Shown here piece after piece: positions 53,880 through 64,000 of a stretch of 64,000 bases of DNA (its first letter is position 1; each line of letters begins with the position of its first letter). The stretch spans positions 177,010,001 to 177,074,000 of the forward strand of contig OZ024740.1 of the NCBI GenBank assembly GCA_964016885.1, written 5' to 3'. Position numbers and translations under genes: made by a program. The DNA comes from Eledone cirrhosa. Its lineage: Eukaryota. A model generated the notes under the pieces. It did no database searches. It was not told the DNA's origin and worked only from the letters and a program-made list of their open reading frames with translations.

Positions 53880-54065
53880 ATTATTGATGTTGCAATTGTC
53901 GTCGTCATCCTTGCTGTTATTGTTGTTGCAATTGTCGTTGTCATCCTTGCTGTTATTGTTGCAATTGTCGACCTTGTTATTGTTGTTGTTGCAATCGTCG
54001 TCGTCGCTCTTGTTATTGTTGTTGCAATCGACGTCGTCGTTCTTGTTGTTATTGTTGTTGCTATT
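53880..54065. repeat. Compound (TTG)/(TCG) minisatellite
   Basis: Repeated TTGCAATTGTCGTCGTC..CTTGYTGTTATTGTTG units. Confidence 0.8.
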
Positions 54066-54418
54066 ATTCACAGAAGGTGTCACAATATTTGCTGACTTAC
54101 GAATAATGATTCGCAATGAAAGGATATTTAAAAAAAAAATATCATCACAGGGTCGTATGAAGAATAAAAAATAGCAAAAGAAAGAAAGTGAGAGAGAATA
54201 GGAGAGAAATAGTGAGAGAGAATAGGAGAGAAAAATATTGTGAGGGGCTGTCAGAAGAGGGGGGTGAAATGAAATGTGAAGGAGAAATAGAGAAAGCAAG
54301 AAGGAATGATATAAAGGTGTAAACCAGAGTGGAAGTTATACATCGTCCTACACATCAGACAGCTAGTCAACCCGCCGCCATAATACAATCGACACAAATG
54401 AATGAATCATATGCAGTT

Positions 54419-55645
54419 CACCATCACCACCACCACCACCACTACTACCACAAACACCACCATTACCACCACCAGTCCACCACCACCACCACCACCACCA
54501 CCACCACTACCACCACCACCACCACAACCACCACCACCACCACCACAACCACCACAGCCACCAGCACCACCACCACCACCACCACAGCCACCACCACCAC
54601 CACCACTACCACCACCACCACCACAACCACCACCACCATTACCACCATCACCACCACCACCACGACTACCATCACCACCAAAACCACCACAACCACCACA
54701 GCCACCACCACCACCACCACCACAACCACCACCACCACCACCACCACAACCACCACCACCACAACCACCACAGCCACCAGCACCACCACCACCACCACCA
54801 CAGCCACCACCACCACCACCACTACCACCACCACCACCATTACCAGCATCACCACCACCACCACGACTACTATCACCACCACCACCACCAACACCACCAC
54901 AACCACCACAGCCACCACCACCACCACCACAACCACCACCACCACAACCACCACCACCACCACCACCACCGCCACTATTACCACCATCACCACCACCATT
55001 ACCAAAAGCACCACCATCACCAACACCAGCACCACCAACACCACCACCACCACCACCACCACCAACACCACCACCACCACCACCACAGCCACCACCACCA
55101 CAACCACCACAGCCACCACCGCCACCATTAGCAAAAGCACCACCATCACCAACACCGGCAGCACCACCACCACCACCACCACCACCACCACAGCCTTCAC
55201 CTCCACCACCACTACCACCACCACCTTTACCACCACCACCACCACCATTACCACCATCACCACTACCATCACGACTACCATCACCACCACCACCAACACC
55301 ACCACAACCACCACAGCCATCACCACCACCACCACAACCACCACAGCCACCACCGCCACCATTACCAAAAGCACCACCATCACCAACACCAGCAGCACCA
55401 CCACCACCACCACCACCACCACAGCCTTCACCACCACCACCACTACCACCCCCACCTTTACCACCACCACCACCACAACCACCACAGCCACCACCACAAC
55501 CACAACCACCACAACCACCACCACCGCCACTATTACCGCCATCACCACCACCATTACCAAAAGCAGCACCATCACCAACACCAGCACCACCGCTATAATG
55601 ATATTAATAGTAGTCATAACCATCAGCCACACCATCATCATCATG

Positions 55646-55712
<67 letters not shown>

Positions 55713-55966
55713 CTAATACAAACACCACCATCACCACTACCCGCACTATCATCAACATGAACAGCAGTAGTAACAACATCTCCACTATCCCCACCACCCC
55801 CACTATCATCATCATGAACAAACAAAGTAGTACCAGCACCACCACTCACACAACTACTATCACCACAAGCCCCCACCCTTGCTTCATCATCATCAGGAAC
55901 TGCAATAGTAGCAGCAGCATCACTGCCATTACAACTCCCCCCCCCCCCTTCCACCACCACCACCAG
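54419..55966. repeat. (CCA)n-derived low-complexity satellite with higher-order blocks and a (CAG)n tract
   Basis: Degenerate CCA/ACC triplets, recurring TTACCAAAAGCACCACCATCACCAACACC block, (CAG)n at about 55648-55711. Confidence 0.9.
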
Positions 55967-57049
55967 TAGCTAATTCACAGAGCACCACTGAGATGCTGGC
56001 ATGTGGTGTCGTGTCGGGGTAGTAGTGGAGGTGGGATGGACCAACATCTACCACAATGTTAGTGTTGACGCCTTATTCAGCGCACTCCTCATTCCGGCTT
56101 CTCCCACTCCCCACTTTCCTTAGCCTCCACTTAGCTTCAATTTGCTATTCCATTCAGCCTCCCACTACCACCAGCACCACCACCATCGCTACAAAAACCT
56201 AAAAGCAACCACTAGGTCCCTTAATGTGGTCACTCAACTAGCTAGAAACCACAGCCAAGTCTCACTCAAATGACATTCTATCCTCAAGTTGGTCATAGCT
56301 ATGATAGAATCTATGCATGGACCTGTAACTCCCGAGAGAGACGTAGTGGCGCAGTATTGACTTACGTACGTTTCTAGGGCATTTTTAAACATGGCGGCGT
56401 CCATTTCCTCTCCATGTTTGAATACAGCAGATTTCTTCCAGAGAAGGTTAGAGTGAGAGAATGGAAGTGAGAAAGAAATATAGAAGAAGAATTGAATTTC
56501 AGTATTTGATTGGTACTTTTTTTATGGACCTCAAATAGATGAAAGAAAATGTAACCACGGCGGGATTTGAGGGCGGAGAGTGAAGCGAATACCGCAAAGC
56601 ATTCTATACGATGTTCTAACGACTCTGAAAATTCGCCGCCTTTGCTACAATGTAGTTGGTGTTAAACAACCATTAAACAATGATTGTTAACATCATCATC
56701 ACCCACCAACACCACGTCTACCATTTACTATCGCTATCACTCTCCCTATTGCTATGATTATTTCCGCCACAACAACTATCATCACACCATAGCCATCCAT
56801 CACCACTACTTCCACCAACGCGTAACCCCCCCCCCCCAAACCAATAAGGTATCTTCTATGAGCTGAGCCAAATTATTAGAGGTAGCAACCACTTCTTCTT
56901 CAAATCATATTTACCATCTTAAAATCAAGGGAGGGAAGGACACAGAAAACCATGTAGATTCGGGAAGATGATTGTTACGGTTGAGAAGTCTTTGATCCAT
57001 GGGTCCATTATATAAAGAGTGACCTGGGGCTAAACAACTACAGTCCCCA

Positions 57050-57192
57050 CCCCAATCACCACAATCAGCATCAGCAGCAGCACCACCACCAACAACAACA
57101 ACATCCCCACTACCACCATCACATCAACCACCCGACCACCCCACCACCACCACCACCACCACCACAACTACCTCGAATACAGAACTACTTCC

Positions 57193-57223
<31 letters not shown>

Positions 57224-59220
57224 GTAATCTCCACCACCATTGCCACCACTACCACCACACTAACGCTACTCCCACCATCAATATATATCAGCATATCACA
57301 CACATCTCCGCTGCCACCATTGCTACATCTATCTACATCCCCACCAACATTAACACCAATCTTACCACCACTTCTAACCACCAGCATCCACTTTAATATA
57401 AATTACGCCGTTGTCACCACATAAATAACATCACTCTCACTAACACCACCACCACTACCTCCACCACCACCAACACCACCACTACCACCAACAACACCAC
57501 CACAACTACCACCAACACCAACACCACCACCACCACAAGCAACACCAGCAACAGCAACATCACCACCACCACCACCACAAGCAACACCAGCAACAGCAAC
57601 ACCACCACCACCACCACCACTACCACCACCACCACAACCACCACCAATACCAACACCACCATCAACCACAAGCAACAACAACAACAGCAACACCACCACC
57701 ACTACCACCACCACCACCACCACCACCACCACCACCACCACCACTACCACCACCATCAACCACATGCAACACCAACAACAGCAACACCACCACCACCACT
57801 ACTACCACCACCACAACCACCACCACCACCACCACCACCACCAACCACAAGCAACACCAACAACAGCAACACCACCACCACTACCACCACCACCACAACC
57901 ACCACCACCACCACCACCACCACCACTACCACCAACAGCAACCACAAGCAACACCAACAACAGCAACACCACCAACACTACTACCACCACCACAACCACC
58001 ACCACCACCACCACCACCACCACCACCACCACCACCACCACCACCACTACCACCAACAGCAACCACAAGCAACACCAACAACAGCAACACCACCAACACT
58101 ACTACCACCACCACAACCACCACCACCACCACCACAACCACCACCACCACCACCACCACTACCACCAACAGCAACCACAAGCAACACCAACACCAGCAAC
58201 ACCACCACCACCACTACTACCCTCACCACCACAACCACCACCACAACCACCACCACCTCCACCACCACCACCACCACCACTACCACCAACAGCAACCACA
58301 AGCAACACCAACAACAACACCACCACAACTACTACTACCACCACCACAACCACCACCACCACCACTACCACCACCAGCACCACTACCACCACCAACACCA
58401 ACACCACCATCAACCACAAGCAACACCAACAACACCACCACTGCTACCACCACCACCACAACCACCACCAACACCACTACCACCACCACCACCACACCAA
58501 CCACCACCACCAACACCACCACCACCACAACCACCACCAACACCAACATCACTATCAACCACTAGCAACACCAACAACGACAACACCACCACCACCACAA
58601 CCACCACCATCAATCACAAGCAACAACAACAACACCACCACCACCACCACCACCACTATCAACCAACAACAACAACAACACCACCACCACCACCACAACC
58701 ACCACCACTATCAACCCCCAGCAACACCAACAACAACACCACCACCACCACCACCACCAACACCACTACCACTATCAACCAGCAGCAACACCAACAACAA
58801 CACCACCACCACCACCACCAACACCACTACCACCACCACCACCACCACCACCACCACTATCAACCAGCAGCAACACCAACAACACCACCACCACCACCAC
58901 CACCACCAACACCACTACCACTATCAACCAGCAGCAACACCAACAACAACACCACCACCACCACCACCAACACCACTACCACCACCACCACCACCACCAC
59001 CACCACTATCAACCAGCAGCAACACCAACAACACCACCACCACCACCACCACCACCAACACCACTACCACTATCAACCAGCAGCAACACCACCACCACCA
59101 CCACCACCACCACCACTATCAACCAGCAGCAACACCAACAACAACACCACCACCACCACCACCACCATCAACCACCACCAACGCCGCCATACCCGCAGCC
59201 GCAACAACAACTCACCAGCA
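57050..59220. repeat. (CCA)/(CAA)-derived satellite with ~60-120-bp higher-order unit
   Basis: Recurring ACCACAAGCAACACCAACAACAGCAACACC and CTATCAACCAGCAGCAACACCAACAAC motifs separated by (CCA)n. Confidence 0.9.
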
Positions 59221-59221
59221 T

Positions 59222-59405
59222 TGATTGGCAGTATCAGTAGAGGGTCGGACTTCATGCTTTGACGCATAGAGTTACGGCCCTTTCTATTCTGAGTTCAAAT
59301 CCCGCCGAGGTCAACTTTGCCTTTCATCCTTACGGGATCGATAAAATAAAGTACCAGTAATACACTGGGATAATTGCTGGCCTTGTGCCAAAAGTAGAAA
59401 CAATT
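59222..59405 (+). mobile_element. tRNA-derived SINE
   Basis: GATTGGCAGTATC head, GAGTTCAAATCCC B box, family core and tail. Confidence 0.85.
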
Positions 59406-60033
59406 ATCCTATATCTAGCTACTATCGCTGCTAGAAATAGCAGCCAAATATTCTTCAAATCACCTCCACTCCACTTTCTTAAAATAGGTACACGTTGGAT
59501 ATCGGATTCAGTCGTAGGTAATCCCAAAGGGATGGTCAAGGCTGGAATGCGATAGTAAACAAGACCAACACCGACAATCAATCACCACCACTATCACTTG
59601 CACCTATACAATTACAATCTCTTTCACTCCCAATCAAACTACCGCCGCCACCACCACCGACACCACTACCACTACCACTACTAACAACGACACTATCCCC
59701 CGTACGACCATCACAATTGTCATCCCAACCCACCGACCCCACTGCTATCGTTACCACCGCCACCATTACGCCCACCAATACCACCAGCACCACCACATAA
59801 AACCAGACAGTTATGTAAATAAATCATATCTCCTCTCGTGAACGGAGACAGTCGCGCAGCAAGACAGAAGTACCCAACAGGGTGACATACACACATACGC
59901 TTACACACACACATACGCTTACACACACACATACAAGCACACAGTTACACAGAAACGCATAAACACACTCACACCAACCCCACTGACATATATAAATATA
60001 TATGTAATATATATATATATATATATATATATC

Positions 60034-60065
<32 letters not shown>

Positions 60066-60150
60066 CATATATGTATATATATATATATATATATACATAT
60101 ATACACATACATATATGTATATATATATATACAGATATATATATATATTA

Positions 60151-60182
<32 letters not shown>

Positions 60183-60185
60183 CAG

Positions 60186-60235
<50 letters not shown>

Positions 60236-60332
60236 GTATATATATATGGGTACTTCTGTATTTACGTATGTATGTATGTACGTAGGTATGTTTGTATGTA
60301 TATATATATATATATATACATACATGTATGTA

Positions 60333-60382
<50 letters not shown>

Positions 60383-60449
60383 AATACTGTTGGCTTTTTG
60401 CTACAATGTTTTCTATACCTTTCATTTATATATATATATATATATTATA

Positions 60450-60531
<82 letters not shown>

Positions 60532-60534
60532 TGA

Positions 60535-60587
<53 letters not shown>

Positions 60588-60595
60588 TGTATATA

Positions 60596-60669
<74 letters not shown>

Positions 60670-60777
60670 ATATATATGTATATATATACATATATGTATA
60701 TATATACATATATATACATATATATATATACTTATATATATATATATATATAATTATATATATATATATATATCTGT

Positions 60778-60808
<31 letters not shown>

Positions 60809-60980
60809 CATATATATTGATATGTATATATATATATATACATACAGACATACATACGTACATACATACATACGTAAATACGTGGACACACATGCACACA
60901 TACATACATTCACAGATACTAACATAGAAATACGTTCACACGCACACATATTATACACCACATAAACAAACACAAACACG

Positions 60981-61016
<36 letters not shown>

Positions 61017-61851
61017 AGAACCACACCACTATTCAAATTAAGACCATCATCACCATCAACAATACTATACTCCCATCACCACAACACCCCAAACCACCAC
61101 CGCAAATACTCGAACCTCCACCATGACATACACCAACATCAACATCGCCGTCAACGCCACCATCAGCACCCCCGGCTCCACCATTAGCACCTCCCTTTCA
61201 CCAACACTCTCAACATGATCTACGCCGCCACAAACACCACAATCACTATTAGCACCAATATTACCACTCCTACCCCACCATTAAATACACTATCCAAACA
61301 CCCAACGACAACAATAGCAGCAACAGCATCACCACCAAGAGCCCAACACGCGGACGACGATGACGGCAGCGACGAGAAATATAACCACCACCACAACCAC
61401 CGAAACTGAGACAAGCTCTCTCGACATGAGAAGTACGAACACATTGCTAGGAAACCAAGGTACATAGGAGTGACACGTGCCCAGTTCACGCGTTGACAAT
61501 GGAGAGATTGCTGGTGGTGTTGTGGTAGTGGCGGGGGTAATGATGGTGGCATTAGTGGCTGGCGGGAGGGTGTGACTACAATATATGGTTGGTAATGATT
61601 TTGTTGATATTTACCTGATTAAGCGACATATGATCAAAAGCATTCCAGCCATGACTATCGCATCGTTTTCTACTATTTCATCCAGTAGTTCATTCTTTTT
61701 TCATTTCTAAGACGATTTGTCATTTGACGATGATTGGGGTCTACTGTTTCTAGCAAAACAGTTCTTACGTTCAGATAGAGGGTCCCTTGTTGCATCATTG
61801 ATGAGGGACTCATTTTATTACATGTTATCCATGTGCTACCTGCAGTATTTT

Positions 61852-61902
<51 letters not shown>

Positions 61903-61979
61903 GTAGGTCCCGGGTTGAGTCGGGGATAACCACAGTAAGTAAGGTACTCAATACATGGCAGAGTAAAATTTTTTTATTT

Positions 61980-62110
61980 TATAGAATGAGCTTCTACAGG
62001 ACTAGTACTGTTTCATTTAGATGAAATCTTCAGGAAGCACAGATGAAATCTTCAGAGCTTCCTGAAGATTTCATCTGAATGAAACAGTACTAGTCCTGTA
62101 GAAGCTCATT

Positions 62111-62115
<5 letters not shown>
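61980..62115. ncRNA. Fold-back element with two divergent HHRs (minus 61990-62038, plus 62055-62107)
   Basis: Plus strand: GAGCTTC-CTGAAGA-TTTCATCTGAAT-GAAA-CAG TACTAGTC CTG-TA-GAAGCTC, with a mirrored copy on minus. Stem II is weak. Part of a (TA)n-flanked insert of about 61901-62115. Confidence 0.7.
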
Positions 62116-62171
<56 letters not shown>

Positions 62172-62353
62172 AACACTTAGAATTTAATATTCTATCATAC
62201 TATTTCATTATAATACCATTATAAATTTTAAAGGATTGTAAATAAAACGAGTAAATCAGACAAAGTTGGAATTCCTCTTATTAATATAATCTTCTATACA
62301 CAATCATACACACCCGTGTATATTTATATATATATATATATATATATATAAAT

Positions 62354-62436
<83 letters not shown>

Positions 62437-62730
62437 GGTTTGAGGTTCACCACTGTATAGAGCTGGTCTATTCCGTATGGTCAATCGTAATGTAATAATA
62501 TAGAGAGTACTCAACGTAAAGCAGTTCAACCGTCTTTGTTTTTGTAGTTGGTGGTGCTATTACGGAGTTAAATATTATAATGAAATGACAGGAGGCTGGA
62601 TTTGTGTAAATCCTTGAAAGTGTAAATCCTCGAGGGCGACCGGCTAAGGTAGAGGGGTCAAGATAGCAGTCGCCCTCGGGATTTTCAGCCCCATGGATTT
62701 TATCTATTACATTCACGTATTATATTTCGA

Positions 62731-62788
62731 ATACCTGATGATATCACCGGATTCATACGGAACCCGGTCATTGAAATGATCATAGTAT
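62731..62788 (+). ncRNA. Type I hammerhead ribozyme in a PLE-type mini-element (about 62433-62840)
   Basis: ATAC-CTGATGA-TATCACCGG...CCGGTCATT-GAAA-TGATCA-TA-GTAT then AATAAA. The 3' tail at 62796-62839 is inverted at 62577-62620. Confidence 0.72.
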
Positions 62789-62932
62789 AATAAACCTTTC
62801 AAGGATTTACACAAATCCAGCCTCCTGTCATTTCATCATAAATATATATATATATATATAGAGAGAGAAAACACTGGAAGGTAATATCCGTAGTGGTAGA
62901 GCACTCACTCCATGGGACGAGTTAGGTAGAAT

Positions 62933-63056
62933 TGGTAACGCAACAGTTAGTTCACCATAGCGAGAACAATTGTTTCACTTTAGCGGATCTTCAGTTGAAG
63001 ATCCGCTAAGGTGAAACAATTGTTTTCGGTATATTGAACTAACTGTTGGGTTACCA
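62933..63056. mobile_element. Fold-back mini-element centred on an HHR core
   Basis: Palindrome centred on TCTTCAGTTGAAGA. The arms read (C/T)TGAAGA-TCCGCTAARGT-GAAA-CAATTG-TT; the 5' strand of stem I is missing. Confidence 0.7.
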
Positions 63057-63224
63057 CTTATATATATATATATATATTTGATGCAACAAGGGAGCCTCAC
63101 GTCTCAACATTCTATATATATAGATTCTTTTTTTCGATCGACTTTCGTCAAATAGGACCGAGGAAACAATGTTTCCGTTGGTCTTTCCAATTGCTAATAC
63201 TATCTACCGTTCGAAACTCCAGGT

Positions 63225-63351
63225 AGAAGGAGCAATGTGAAATAAGGACATAACTAAAGTGTCTTGCTCAAGGACATAACGCATCACCCGGTCCAGGTAC
63301 TCACAACCTCACGATTGCGAATCCAAATCTCTTACCACGCAGTCACGCACC

Positions 63352-63352
<1 letters not shown>
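63225..63352 (-). mobile_element. CORE-type SINE fragment
   Basis: The minus strand contains TGTCCTTGAGCAAGACACTT (CORE-like domain) downstream of a degenerate tRNA head. Confidence 0.55.
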
Positions 63353-63402
<50 letters not shown>

Positions 63403-63693
63403 GTGTGTGTGTGGGGTGGGGGGTGTAAAGAGACCAGAAATGTTATATATATTTATGTTTATACAGGTAACAAAAGCGCTATCTAAGGTTACAGGGCTCG
63501 ATATTGACCATATCTCCAGAATGTTACAGGGATCAAAATTGTGCGCTTTTAAGTGTTTAAGATAAACTCATATAAGCAACTGGGGATAGGTCACAATTGT
63601 GATCCCTTTTACATTCTGAAGATATGGACAATAGTGGGCCTTGAAACCTTGTGTTCCGCGTTTGAACATAACTATATAATATAATATAAAAAT

Positions 63694-63799
63694 AATTGTT
63701 TCTACTTTTGGCACAAGGCCAGCAATTATCCAGTACATTACTGGTACTTTATTTTATCGACCCCGTGAGGATGAAAGACAAAGTTAACCTCGCCAATCC
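63694..63799 (-). mobile_element. tRNA-derived SINE, internally deleted
   Basis: Family tail and core joined directly to the GCCAATCCA head remnant. Confidence 0.75.
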
Positions 63800-63824
63800 A
63801 AATAATATAATATAATATGTATTT

Positions 63825-63924
<100 letters not shown>

Positions 63925-64000
63925 CCCTTCTACAAGTTCCAGCAGAAGGCAACAGAGGAGCACTGTCCCGATGCGAAATACATATAGGCTGCTTCTGCTG

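Noticed and set aside
54329-59224. Long poly-Thr/Pro/His/Val ORFs (mucin- or extensin-like)
   Set aside because: (CCA)n is open in nearly all frames on both strands and the phase shifts between repeat blocks. No signal peptide or splice evidence is visible.

Overview
This is eukaryotic, AT-rich, repeat-dominated DNA with no confidently identifiable host gene. The SINE and microsatellite content suggests a cephalopod (octopus-like) intron or intergenic region, which is an inference. Almost all ORFs in the supplied track are microsatellite artefacts ((TA)n, (CA)n, (GA)n, (CCA)n). The genuine coding remnants are retrotransposons: six head-to-tail Tx1/L1-type LINE copies, each bounded by (TATC)n (23.7-32.2 kb); three Penelope-like elements (PLEs) with C-terminal GIY-YIG domains, one near full length and one forming a 2.4 kb fold-back; and two RTE-type fragments. 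There are also many tRNA-derived SINEs, a non-autonomous Helitron, MITEs and a tRNA-Asn-derived pseudogene with a GTC anticodon. The most striking signal is non-coding: more than a dozen type I hammerhead ribozyme (HHR) motifs sit in short, mostly (TA)n-embedded, tandem or fold-back elements. Two of these (1-331 and 20920-21960) are diverged members of one ~310/319-nt tandem monomer family. They share an ungapped block-conserved ~90-nt domain, an HHR with an extended stem I and a YAACAA loop II, and hairpins conserved by compensatory changes, including a C3-G8 to U3-A8 core swap and a UUCG/GCAA tetraloop exchange. This is a candidate retrozyme/circular-RNA system probably mobilised by PLE proteins. 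All structures were read by eye and not computed.
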